A DNA stretch of 64,000 nucleotides from Bugula neritina (lineage: Eukaryota; Animalia; Bryozoa): assembly GCA_964035545.1 (NCBI GenBank), contig OZ037766.1, forward strand, positions 17,323,081 through 17,387,080, read 5' to 3'. Positions 15,201 through 30,727 of the stretch are shown piece after piece (position 1 is the stretch's first letter; each line of letters begins with the position of its first letter). The position numbers and the translations under genes are program-made. The notes under the pieces are model-generated. The model had not been told where the DNA came from. It did not search any database and saw nothing but the letters and a program-made list of their open reading frames with translations.

Positions 15201-18200
15201 AGTGGTAGGTTATATCTTGTTTAAACAGTTTTCATTGCAGTATATAGGCTGATGTGTATTGGGGATTAACATAATATTTGTTGGAGGTGCTATGTTATAG
15301 GCACGGAGTATGTCTTTCAACTCGCTTAAAAACATAATTGCACCAAAACTAAAAGCTTTTAACAAACTATGCAAGTTTAATATAAGAAGTCTTTGCGTGA
15401 ATTTTATGCTGTCATGTGCATAGAGCTTAAAAAGTGCTGCCAATTTATTGTGGGTGATACCTGGTTAAACAGTGTGGTATGGTCAACTTTTATAAGATGA
15501 GGTTTGAAAATAGTTATTTTAAGTTATTTATTTTTAGAAATGAGGGTATTTAAACTATGAACAGTCAACAAAAATATTTCAATTACCTAAACTGCAACAT
15601 TTAACTATGTTTAAAATTTGTTTTAGACAATCATATTTCAACATAGAAAACTAAAGGCAAAATATGGTTATATATAGATTTTGTAACAATAATTCCTGCT
15701 AATTCTTTTACAGTATAATATTCTTATTGCGAAGCTTCTCGTCACCTATTTGAAATTGCTCATGTACCAGAATTTTAAGTTGAAAATGCTTAGTTTTATC
15801 TACATATCTTAAGCTGAACAATCTTTGTTATTGACAATTGCATGCGCATACCTTGTTTATGAAACTAAAACGTATCCGGTTATAATTTTCTACAAGGGAA
15901 CAAAATAGTTAAATTAGTTCATTCATACTTGAAATTATAAACTATGTGGTAGCATATTTGTAACATATCTATGTTTCATAAAAAGATACATTAGCTATAG
16001 ATGGCTCAGGTATATTGAAGTGAATTCAGTGGCCTTATAGGAAATCACTCCTTATAGTAACAAAATATTTCAAGTAAATACTGATCTCTTAAACGCATAA
16101 AAATGGCAAATTTAAAAAACTAAAAAAAGCAAAACTCTTTAAAGCAGATGGTTAAAATTATAAAATTTCAAAATTTCAAAAGTCAAAAATTGAAATTACA
16201 TTTTCAAGCAAAATTGTTGAGAGAATCAATAGACTACACAGTTCCTTACATGAGATATGTCAGGTTAGATATGTCCAGCATTCCTTTTAGCACCAGCTTA
16301 TACACTCTTTGTCAAGGATGCCATCTTGAAACATTTTATAATGTTGAATGGATAAAAATAAAATTGATGAATGTATTGCAAAAATTGTCACTGAAGTGTT
16401 CCCCTAGCAAGAGAGCAGTATGCCCTGAGCAGTATGCTTTGAGCATTATGCGAACAATCACCAATACTGGAGTGTACATATTCAGAATGAATGAGTAACC
16501 ATTAGGCTGTTAGGGTCTAAAATGACTGGCTTTTTTGCCTAGACCTCTTTTTTCAAATCAGTTAAAGCAATCTTACATCACATAAATACTGCTCTATAAA
16601 ATCATTATAATAGTGATGAGGTTCTTTAATAAGAGTAAACTCTGCTAAAATTGAAATGGGCAGTCATTGTTGTGTTTTTAGTGTAGCTGTATTTCACATT
16701 GTGACTTCTTAAAATGAAGTTTGAATTTTTTTCTTATTTATAAGATCAAATCAGATCAAATTAGATCAAAGCACCGAGCCACAACTACTCAAAATCAGTT
16801 TTAGAGTTTTCTAGTTACATCATTTGCATAGTATGAGGTCCAGTTTATAGCCAACAAAAATTTTTATTATAGGAATATTGAAATGGCCGATGCAGTTTTG
16901 ACTATTTACTAGCATGCTTATTTTGTAAACTATCAAACAAAAGCCAAATATAACTATTTAGGTACAAATCAAATTTATGCAGGCTTAATAATGAAACTAT
17001 ATAAAAAGAATTGACAAAATTTAAAAGATTTATAAATTATTTACATAATTATGTTAAATTCTTAATTTGACATCTAACTTGGTTACTTGACTCAATGTTC
17101 TAGACATATGACCTAAATGATGAAAATGTATCTAAGGAGTTCTGGAATGATGTGAAGACCATGAGTCGTATTCGACATGAGAATATTGCCTTATTTATGG
17201 GAGCTTGTACAGATGCAGGAAAGTTGACCTCAGTGATAAGGTTAGCAATATAAATAATTCATTGTCTGCTTTTCAGTGTCAGCAATAATATATCCAAATA
17301 ATGTCAGCACTATCACCACTTTGAATCAAATGCTCTGCATAACAAATGTTGCTCTTTTAAGTCAAAATGTTGATGAAAAACTTTTTGAAAATTATAACTG
17401 CTGTTGGTTTGAATAGCTGTTGTGCATTGTGTCACAAGTGAAATATACTATGTGAAGATAAATTACGCTAAACAGTGATTTACAGCTTCATGTGAGATCT
17501 CCGTTATGAATGTATGAAGTAACTACATTGTTTTCTCATTAACTACATTTCCTTGTCAAAATTATGAGATTGATTTAAGTTTGAGTGGAAGCTTTTATTG
17601 CTCTAATGACGTCATAATAAGCGGAAAGAGTAAATATATACACATCATTCTCTAACAGTAACTTCATCTGTAAACTAACAATAGTAATTATTAGCATTTT
17701 AGTAAATAGGAAATGTTGCAAACTTAATATCAAAATTTACAGCGAATATGTTTTCTATTGTCACAATGATGCAGGCACCTGTTAAACATCCTTCTTCTTC
17801 TACATTATGTGTTGTTAATATAACGACACGTAACACATTGCATTCTATAAGAGGGTAATTACATATAATTTACAGTATTTGTTCTTCATAGAAATAAATA
17901 TATGGAATCAAATGCCTTAATTAATGTCTATACTTGTAGGCACGGATTTTTGATGGGGAATCCCTGCTTTATAAGGCATTTGATAATTGGGGTATTCCTT
18001 TTAAGATTCTGAGTTGCTGGCCATATGATGGCAGACATATGATCCTAGTCCCATTTGTGTTGAATAACGCATCGAACTGCAAACAATGTACATACTAATC
18101 TGTACTAAATTTCATGTAATCATATTATTAGAATAAAACACATCAGTTGATGATATTTCAGTGTGGCCATCTAGATCTACCATGCAGCTGTATATCTGAA

Positions 18201-21200
18201 TAGGATTTTTAGTTTATCAAAGTTTATATTATTATTTAAGTTACATGAATTATACATCTCATGTTTGTTTAAAGTCTCCATCTTCTTTAGAACCACTGAT
18301 ACCTAACCAAATTAAACACTATGCTTCACAACATGCTAGTAGCAGAACCTGTAAGGTTGTGAAGCAGCAATTTAGATGCCCTTCTGACATCACCAACAGT
18401 CCAGCTGAGATTTGAGATCAGAGCATGTGTAATGTGTAGGGCTTCAGCAACTTGTCCTATATTGCTGCCCAATAAATATAAACCCTATGAAAAAATACTC
18501 TCACTGGTTTTGTAGCACTATCAAGTGTATTTCTATTGCGTTTATACTGTCAGATAAAAAATCTCACCTGCTAATTATATTTAAATTATCTAGCCAAGTG
18601 ACTATCTCAATTTTAAAATACAAGTTTCTACATAACTTGGTCTGTTAATTTTCAAATTGAGGTTTAATGTTTGGTATATTCAATTTCCACAACTGTTATG
18701 TAATTATTAATAAGCCAATATTTGCAAAAGTGGTACTTATAGATGATTGAATTGAGTTATGTTCAGTTTCACTATTACAATATTGTTAAAATCTCAAAAA
18801 CTCCTAATTAGTTTTAGTGCAGCTAAAATGTTATTAAAGATTTATAATAATGTGAACCTGAGACGTGATTATAAAAAGCTGTGACCACTGTGTCGTGAAG
18901 GAGCAGAAGATACCAAAGATATTAGTGTAGCCTTCAGTAGTTCAACATTTTATTAAACTTATTGCAAAACTTGGCAGTGAAGCTTCACAATGCATTTACC
19001 AACCAAAATTATTTATTATATAAAAACACATTTGTTATTATATTTACTGTCACATTATTGTAATTTGTTTAGTGAGTGTGCTGGAACTTCATTATTTGAG
19101 AACTTGCATGTCACAAGAACAAGATTGCCTCTGCCAATGAAAATAAATATTGCTTATCAAGTTGCTCAAGCCATGGCTTACCTACATGCTAAAAAAATTG
19201 TATACAAGCAAATGAACAGTAGGAATGTATTTTTGGAGGGGAACAAAGCCATCCTCTCAGTGATTGACTTTGGCACAGTGTACAAAAGTAAGTCTAGCAT
19301 CTTAGCAGTTATTTGGCTGGTTCCCATTTACCTGCATTCTATAACAAACATTCTAAATGTGCAATAGTTTCAAGCATTTATTATTTTTTAACATGTTAAT
19401 TTTTGATGAAGCTTTTGACAATGTCAACACAGCTGAAATTATAAACATTGTAAGTCTGCTTTGTGGGAGTTTTATATGCATTGCCATGACTGTACTCTCT
19501 ACATACAGTTATAACATCGCCCATGCTGTAGTTTGATGTTTGATGCTTCTCACATTTTCTATTAATCAAATTTATAAATATGGTATCTCCTACTCTGGGT
19601 GTAAAAACTCATTAGTATTCTATAATAATGCTCCATTACCGCACTTACACTTAAACAAACATATATTTATATATTATGTTGTTGCCAATTAAATACAATA
19701 TGTTGACTGAATAATATGCAATTCAAAAAATTATTATAAATAAAGAAAATTGTATGAAAAAGTAAAGCACTGCCTTAATTCACCAAGTGAAATATTACAG
19801 GTAAAGATATGGATAGAAAAGTGATGCCAATACCCTATATGGCTCCAGAATTGCTCAAAACACTAGTCTATAAACCAAACAACATTTCCAGCTTGTATAC
19901 GTTCCAGACAGATGCCTATGCATTTGGGTGGGTGCTTCATATCGAAAATATTAATATAGTATGCAAGTGATAAAAAACAAAATTGTATCTATACTTCAAT
20001 TTTTGTTATGCACGCTGTTTCGTTGTAAGCAATAAAACAATAAAAAATATTTATACAACTTAAAGGAAAAAAGTACAAAAATGTGTAACATAACTTTCAC
20101 AATCTTTAAACTTTCACAATGTTGTGTTAATAGAATTCAGTGAGAATTATTAGGCATTATATCATATTCTTTAGAATTTTACTACATGAACTAATGTCAG
20201 GATCAAAGCCTTATAAGGATATACCAACAACAGAACTTGTCATCACTCATGTATTGAATGCCAGGAGACAGTTGACTGAAACTCTAGTGTGTCCGCAGCC
20301 AATCAAAGTGAGTAAAGCTATTATATTTTCTAGTTTTCTTACAAATAGAATATGTCTTACAAACTGTTTGAACAAGTGTATAGTTTCATTAGGCAAAATA
20401 TTCTGTTTTTGTGAGCTACAAGCCATAAATGTCAGATCTGCATTTTCTATTTTAGTCACATTTGACCAAAGAACCAAGAGCAAATATTTTAAATATTTTT
20501 ATAACATGCATACAGTCACAAAGCTTCAGGATCTAAAGTTTAAACAAGTCTATGATACGAATATAACAGCCCATTTAAAATTGTAATGGTGATAAATAGC
20601 TAATGTTCTATGTAGGTAAAATATAATTTTTAAACGAAACAACCTCAAGTATCAAAAGAGTAGAGTAACCATAAATTAGTGATATTGCTAAAACTCTCAT
20701 TTCATTTTTCTTAGATAATAGCTTATAAGCTTATAGTTTTGTAAAATAACAAAGGGAATGGATAAAAGTGGAATTAATTATTTGGTTTAATTGATCATAT
20801 GAGCTAAAAGATGACAGTTTGTTGATATTTTAGACACAAATCATCAAATAGGATCAATGTATAGGGATTTTTTACACAGCTTTAATTTCATTCACTTATA
20901 ACATAAACAATTAAACCAAGTTATGAAAATTTGTACTCTACCTAACTTTACCAAAAGATGTTAAAACGTTTCATTATTAATAAAGTAAGTTTTTGTAGTG
21001 AAATGCTGTTTTTCTTTTGATATACTCATTTCAGGTGAGGTCAATATAGGTAATTATGAAGTTGTATAGTAAACTATATTAGGACGTCTCATTTTTTTCT
21101 AAGCCAATAAACCTTCTGACAAGCTTAAAAAGCAAATGAAACACATATTATATAGTCGTTTTTAATTTTTAATTCAAGTAACTATAAACTTGTTTGGTAT

Positions 21201-22308
21201 GAAAACAATATATCATTGTTTAAAATATTTATAGTATACATGCAGCAAGTGTATTGACAACATTTCAGAAATTATTCTAATATGACTTTAGTTATAGTAC
21301 AGGGAGCAGAACTAGATCAAGAATGCACATGCTGACTAATTTAAAATGAGCCAACAGCTATTTAAATTTTTACTTGAAGAACTTGATAGAACGATGTTGG
21401 AGTGAACTACCTAATGACAGACTTTGTGCCCGTGAAGTTCTCAGAATGTTGCATAAAAAAGATGTAAGTAAACACGAGTATGCTCTTAGCTTTAGCATGC
21501 AGAAGAAATATAAATGCATTTGAATAGATAAAAGAGTCTCCAACAAAGTTAGCTTAACTGTGACAATTCAAACTGGTTGTTTTAGGCTTTTTAACAATAA
21601 TTAAATAGCTATACACCTAATAAATCTTCTTAATGTGAAATGAATTCTTTTTCCAACCAACAGCTAATGCCACAATGTCCACTGTTGTTTGTCAATTGAT
21701 ATTTACAAGAAAATTGGGTACATAGTGCATGGCTATTTTCAGCCAAACCCTAATAATGGAGACAACTAAGGCATATTAATATGGCTTATCAAAGTTTGCT
21801 AATCCTTCTTTTCATGAACTTTTAATATAAAAACAACTTTAAAATAACTTTGGAGTTGTCCCAAATTGAACAGTGATATTTGATTGATCAACCTAACATC
21901 TTACTCCAATCATATGCTGTATATAGGTCATTAAGAGTGCTTTAGGATTATCTCTGTGCTGTAGAGAATATGAAAGCACTCTAAATAGGCTATTGTCTAA
22001 TTGCATAGAAAATAAGTAATAGCTAAATTCCTAAATGTAGGAAATAATTTTAACTTCGTCTGAAAAAGGCAATTCACTTATTTTATTGATATATATGAAA
22101 AAACTGTAAGAAATGTATATTAGATAATTGAAACTATAAAAGATTAAACTGCCATTATTACTAATAATACACTACAGTCAAACATAGTTTTGTAGTAGAC
22201 CCATTATATTTTATATTTATTTTATATTTTTAGATAATTTTATACAACAGATTTAGCTCATCAGCACCAGAAAACATCAACAAGCTCATAGCACACGATT
22301 CATTATAA
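12239..22308 (+). CDS. RAF/KSR-family (TKL) pseudokinase, KSR-like, ~582 aa
   Basis: Phase-consistent exons: 12239-12303, 13437-13492, 13942-14625, 14944-14986, 15075-15204, 17104-17240, 19073-19287, 19801-19927, 20175-20307, 21380-21463, 22234-22308. RAF/KSR motifs KGRWHGEV, RIRHENIALFMGAC, VAQAMAYLHAK, DFG, YMAPE, TDAYAFG, LIERCW. The first two exons are less certain. Confidence 0.88.
18360..18420 (-). mobile_element. Decayed fragment of the tRNA-derived SINE core
   Basis: The reverse complement reads TTGGTGATGTCAGAAGGGCATCTAAATTGCT, matching the core of the three full copies. Confidence 0.6.
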
Positions 22309-23274
22309 TCCACCCAAGTTTGATGCTTTAAGAGATTACACCAGCTTCAGTAAATAACTTAGACTCTAAAATTTCCTTTGATTATGAAAGGAAATAGATA
22401 AAGTATACATGTGTTTTCTCAAATATCTAAATCTTTAAGTTTGTATGCTAGCTCTCCATTATACTCCTTTGATAATTGCTAGTCTTGCAGTTTATTAACA
22501 GGCTAAGATACAGTTACACCTGAATGAATAATAGCTTTAAGTAAGCATTGTAGCAATAATAGACCAGTGTGAGAATTGTATAATAAATAAATGGTTAAGA
22601 AGTTCAAAATAATTAAAGTTTAATCTGTATACATTATATAGAAAGAATGATCATGAAGTGTTCGATATATCATGTAAGCAATTGGTATTGAAATACATTT
22701 GATACATGGGATACGAGTGCAGCTAACGTTATGGATAGTAGTGTTGAATCTAGTGATGTGAGGTAAGAAAATACTATAATTTAGTAATTGTGTTATTTGT
22801 GTATGTATCAAAATGCCATTATTTGGCTGCAACCTACTGCAAACAGACAATAGGCCAGCTTTATAGAAAATACAATTAATGTTTTAAATTTTATTCAATC
22901 ATCACAGTAAGAGAAGGTGCTCACTCACCAGCTTATGTGTATCTAGCTAGCTGCCCTAAAACTGAAAATTTGAGTTTAACAAAAACTGTTTGAATGTGAC
23001 TTTGGAAGCGTCACTATTCTGATGGTAAATGAAATACATTCACTAAGAAATCAGCTTTTCATAACTTTCAAAGTTTGCTCCAGATAACCACTTGGGTGAA
23101 ATGATTGGTTTCTGCATTAAGAGAGTTTTATAGTTCATTTTAGAGTGTGTTGTGCTAAAACAGTTTTACCCTATATATACTATATAGCATAGTGTTCTCA
23201 GTGATACATGCCACTGCTAAGTTAATGCAGCCAGTAATACCGCAGCATACAATCACTCAATGTGGACTATATAC

Positions 23275-23278
<4 letters not shown>

Positions 23279-23335
<57 letters not shown>

Positions 23336-23370
23336 TATATATATATACTATATATATATATATATATATT
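23279..23370. repeat. (AT)n microsatellite
   Basis: Directly visible, with two CT interruptions. Confidence 0.97.
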
Positions 23371-24320
23371 ATGGCCTAGTTTAATACTTCAACTGACTCT
23401 CAGAGAGCAATAATCGGATTAATTTGATGTGAATATTACTAAAACTACTGTGCACTTTATATCCAACCAACCTAGTATTTTAAGGTGCTGAAAAGTTCAG
23501 TACAAGTAAAACCCCTAACATTGTTGTATGCCAGCACCATATATAATTAACTAAAAATATTTCAATAAAATAGGACAAATGCAAACATAAAATTCTTGAT
23601 GGTCAGCAAATATTAAGCAGCTATAAGATTATTTCAAGAATTTATTTTTGCTCCAGCTAAATGGCAGTAATTTTGATAACAGCTAAAAGTTAGATTTAGG
23701 AGATTCTTTATCTAAAAAGTATGTTTGCTAAAGTAAATATTCTAATGATAATAACATGTTGCTATTAGTTTCAATTATAGCTAGATAACAATATCAGTAA
23801 AATGGCTAATATGTGTAGTTGGCATTATCAGTAACTAATATTGTTGTTCTGTCGTTAGGCTAGAATGCAGTAAAATATTTTAAACACTTGAAAGATAAAG
23901 TCAAAGGCTCTTTTATATTCATATAATGTATGTTGGTACATGTTTCTGCATATTTATATTGGTAATAGTAAAAGATAGAAAAGTATTTCAGCATTTTTCG
24001 TACAGGTCAATAATTAACCAATTTTGCACAGACTCGAGAACAATGTCAGCATAGACTTTTTGCATATGTATTATTTGTTTAAATGTTAAAGCGATAGTGA
24101 AGGGCGGCAGATGGTGAAGCAAGGTAAGCTGTTTTCAAAGTTTTTGTTCAAACATGTCAGTTGTTGAAAATATTGATTTAGATATCTATATGAATAATTT
24201 AATTACATTTTAAATTTATACTGCATCCTCATGTGTTGACTGTAGCTATGGTTCATATTTACATGAGAAATATATCTTTATGAGTTGTTTATTGTGTCTA
24301 CTTTGTTATCTGGTAGCAAA

Positions 24321-26046
<1,726 letters not shown>

Positions 26047-26441
26047 GACTTTTAGATTTTGATGAAGTAAAATTGAACACTTAAAACTTGTTGCAGAACT
26101 GAGATTCCTAATTATTGAAGCAACATTATTAGAAAATATAGAGCTTATGCATATCAGAGTTGGCAAAGAAATCCAAACAGATCGACGCCATTGTTTTAAA
26201 ATACTTTTGCTATTATAATTACAAAACTGTGTTATATTTCTAAGATTTATTATTTTATAAAATAAATGTCATATCAAAATAGTTTAAAACTAAACATGAG
26301 CACCATGAAAGCCAATGTATTGAATTCTTACAGCACAATAAAAGAGTGGTTGGAACTGCAAACTCCATACATAGAAGCAGCTTCTTTGTGCAATTAGGAC
26401 GGAATATCAATGCTCATTTTATCCAATGACTTGAATACAAG

Positions 26442-29228
26442 TTATTCCGTGTTGTGCAAGGAGTACATTTTCATACTGCCATGTCTAAACATGCCAGAAC
26501 CAATGGTGTCCTTTTTAGCTGAATAGTCTACCAATGCATTGAGTGTGAGTGGCTGCCATATTGAATCTCTCTTAATGTTAGATGATGGATTTCTAGGACC
26601 AGTTGCACTAGATACATTATCTGTAAATTAAGCAATAACCATCTAAACTTAAACTATGTGAATTTCCTATAGATCTATATTAAACATTTTAAAAATGGTT
26701 ATGACTTATGAATGGAGAGTGACTAAATACAAGTGACAACAACATAGTATGATTGCTCAGCTCTGCATAATATACTTAACTGATGTATTATATTTACAAT
26801 ATTACTAATGTACTAAACCAATTACAGATGAGTGAGGAGGAAAAATAACTGGTAATCACTTACCGCCTCTAAAAGGCTTTAATTCTACTGTTTCCGTCAC
26901 TAAATCTACCCTACTTGTCTGAGGGTTCACCACAGAGTGTTCAGCATCCTTTTTAACCTTGTATTTGTTGGAGAAAGCACCACGCTCTGCTCCAGCCTCT
27001 TTCTCGGTAAGAAACTTGACCTTCGGATGACCCTGCAATAAGCACAGACAAAATGATGAAATAGAAAAAAGTTTAAAAAGTAGAAATATTATTTGTTATG
27101 CAATGAGTTACGTTACTTCTGATTGCAAGATATTAGAGTTTCTAACAGCCTACACTTTAGGGGTTTACATAACACTGGATAGGATGCCACTTTTGTAACA
27201 AATATCTCAATAGATAAAAGTAAATTACTCAGTTATGCTCAGCAAAATATTGATATCTGTCATCAGACTGCTAGTATGTTACAATGATGAAAAGTGGCTA
27301 TGTCCTTCACCTGAGCACATGCACCAAACACCACAGTTCTGAGTGTGCACTACTTACTGGGTGTTTCGTGGCTCTAGGCAACATCAGCTTCATTAAACTT
27401 TCAGAAGGTTTCATCTCCTTACCAAGTCCGCCATCTTCCTCTATCCACTTCCTGTAACTTGCTATAGATTCCTCATCCTGAAGCATATTTTGTCAGACTA
27501 CTTTAGTCGGCATGCTGGCACAACAAGTTCAATAACAAGTAAATAATTAACATGGAAATTTACATCTTGAGAGAAAAGGAAAGCAAATAGGAGATATTTG
27601 CATACATCTTCTAGCCTATCAGATAGATATCTGTCTATTCCCTCCTCCCCAGATGCATTCACCAAATCTGGTACAGGGTTATTATATAGTAGAATGTCAG
27701 TCTTGTCTTGATTAATCTTAGATGATCTCTCCATGAGCTCGATTTTGTGTCTTATGTCGAGGGTCTGCATGAGCTTCTTCTTGTCAAGCAAGTGCTCCAT
27801 ATCTGGCACATCTTCTTTCTCATAGAAGTTGCGCTTCACCGGAACATCTCCTTTTTGTAAAACCAACTGCCTCACGAAAGCCCCATAAGAGTTCTAAAAT
27901 TCATAGATGTGGATTGAGATGAAACTAGAGTACGCAGGTTCTGTTTGCACAGCTCATCTTAATTTTCAATAGCATATATTTTAGCATTCCCTTTAGTACT
28001 AATCAAGTGCTTTAAATTACAAGAAGAAAGAAATTGTTTTGAACAATGGAATAGTTTGCTTATATAAAATTTAAAGAAAATATTGAATGGGTTTACAACA
28101 GACAATGGCACGCCATCAACCAATACCTCACTACCTTACTATGCTTTGTGCTAAAACCACTTGGAACACAAATGCAAATAAAACATCTATTATTAGGATA
28201 GGTGAGGCTGACAATACAAGCTATACTGACAGCTGCGTAGTAGACATAAGCAGACTGTAGTTGGTGACTACACTCAGCAGTAACATCACTACAACAGCTC
28301 ATGAGAGAGATGCTGTTTAATCTAGTACAGCCCTGTCAAGTGTATACTCTAGGGACATGCATACACAGCACAATGCATTACCTACTACCATTATTGATTA
28401 GTGAATCAAGCCTTAATAGCGTACTAGTTGTTAGCATAGAGTAGTGTCAACACATGATCAAGCATAGCTAAATAACTACTAGCAGTACATGTATATATAT
28501 ATTCTTAACTCACCAACTTAATTAAACAAGAATAGATGTTTAGATATTCCACCTACTTTTAATGTATCTGGAATCTTTTGATCTTCTCTTAAAAGTTTTC
28601 TATTAGAATGATTTCTTATGTTAGACCAAAGCTGGGCAGCGCCTGAGTGACCTGGTAAAAGCAAACAAGCATTTAAATTATACATGAGACAGCGGAGTTT
28701 ATATATAGCTTGGCATCAGCAACACCACAAAGACTTGGATGAGTGGATAATTTTAATATGGATTTTCAAGCCTATTCAAATATTGATTTTTAGTTTAGGT
28801 GTACACAGTTGGATTGATTAAATATGCACAGAGCTGCAGTTCAGCATCAACACACCACCTCACCCTCTTTAGGCCCAAGTTTGAGATTTACTCTAACTTG
28901 TTTGCGCTCCATCTTGGGGTGCACAATGTCGTCAGCCACTTGGCGGCCATACAGCAGCGCGAGTTGGGCATGGTGCCAAGGCAGCTCCTCTATACCCTCC
29001 AGGTCACCGTCTGAGGTACATGGTACAGGGGCAATGGGTGTGCCTTCGTCTTCAGCCTCTTCTATCACCTCCTATTCAAGAATAACATCTCAGTTTCTAC
29101 TAGGTATAAGACTAGGTTCAGTTATATAGTCAGTAAAATATATAAGAGTGCTGATGGGGGTTTTAGGGGATGTACTTTGGTACCTGAGTGGAGACGTGAC
29201 ACATGGCTGGCCGCTCAGTGCTATCCAT
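26442..29228 (-). CDS. Uncharacterised protein with TSGA13 (testis-specific gene 13)-like C-terminal region, ~367 aa
   Basis: Phase-consistent exons: 29228-29184, 29071-28864, 28651-28557, 27893-27606, 27477-27358, 27032-26864, 26620-26442. Motifs QDKTDILLYNNPVP, KFLTEKE..GAFSNKY and WQPLTLNALVDY..GSGMFRHG resemble TSGA13 as I recall it. Confidence 0.72.
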
Positions 29229-30644
29229 AGTTGGATATCTTGAGAGATCTACAAGAAATAAACATGTATCTACTATCTACATATCAAGTTGTGCAAACTA
29301 ATGCCCAACAAATATTACTGCTGTTTCATCACACATTATTAAACATCTTCAAGGGTGAAGGTTGTAGGAAGTGTGAAAATAGTTTTAACAAGTTTATACT
29401 TCCAATATATATTTTCACAAACCAATTTATTTTCTACAGATTTGCTAACAGCATTTGGCTAGCTGAAAATCCATAAAATCACATTTTGTCATTTAAAAAC
29501 ATTTTAAATTCAGTTTCTTTTGGTCTCAGAAACTTGTGACATATTGTCAGGTTAAGCACGTACATTCAGATGTATGGACACAGTAGTGACACGAACAACT
29601 AATGACAAATTCAATGTAATATTCTGAGTATTCATTCCTTTGTAGTAATGTACAATTTTTAGTAATAAGAACCAAGTGCACCCAAGCATAGAAAAAAGAC
29701 TTAAATTCCCATAAACACAGCTTCTTCTTTAATTCAACACCAATATAGGCTTGTATAAACACACTACCCTTTTATGTGAAATTATATCTATGTTACTGCT
29801 TTTGTTGAAAACTTGCCGAAGAAGAAAAAACTGATTTCACATGGTGCTAGAGTTTGCTGAGTAAGTCTATCCACCACGTGATATCAGGCTCTCACACTCC
29901 ATGCAATTCCTCCACCAAGCCTTATCTCTCCACTCTTTCAGTCACCCTGAAGTCACCATGCACTACTTATAAGCTATTGAGTAAGATGACTAATAGTAAG
30001 GGTCGGCACTATGAGGAGCGGCTCACTTATCAAGTGGAGAAGGAAAGTATTCACCCAACATTATTGACACAATCATCAGCCAGTGTGATTACTTTAATGA
30101 TGCAAGAAGATGCTACCAAATGCACTTTTCCCATAGCAATGACACATAATTGATAATTGAAATTTCTTCTTACGAAAAGACTTTAATAATTTTTATAGGA
30201 GCACAATTACATTTATGAAAAATTTTCTCAGGAAAATCATCTTTTGAAGATTACTTTGAAGCTATATCTTAGCAGTGATGGTCATTCTGTTGATTATCAA
30301 CATATAGACTGCACTGATTTCACATGGTGCTAGAAATTCAAATATTCTACGCATCACAGGAAGCCAGGACAGTCACATAGTGGCACCGAGGAGGCATTCT
30401 AACAGGTTCAAAGCTCTTCATATTCCACAGACTGGCTATACAAGTAACCGGAGTTTACAGGAACAACGCTTAGAGTGGACAGAATATGAAAGGTTAGAGA
30501 ACTTACCACCAAAGAGTAGTTTGTATGATCAGGGTGCTGAAGGAATACTTGCTATCAATATATCCCACAGTGGCAGTATATCCCACAGTGGATTGTAACC
30601 TTGCCAGCCAAGCTACTTTGTGTAGACACTAATTGATCCAGTTA

Positions 30645-30727
30645 GCTGTCTAGCAACACTGCCTGCAAGCAACACAACAAACACATATTAACAAAAGAGC
30701 ATAAAACTAGAATAACCTGATTGGTTG
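30645..30727 (-). promoter_or_regulatory. Putative promoter of the TSGA13-like gene: RFX X-box-like motif plus CCAAT box
   Basis: GTTGCTAGACAGC on the minus strand at about 30645-30657, CCAAT at about 30720-30724, and a GTAAGT donor near 30506 that could close a non-coding first exon. Confidence 0.35.
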
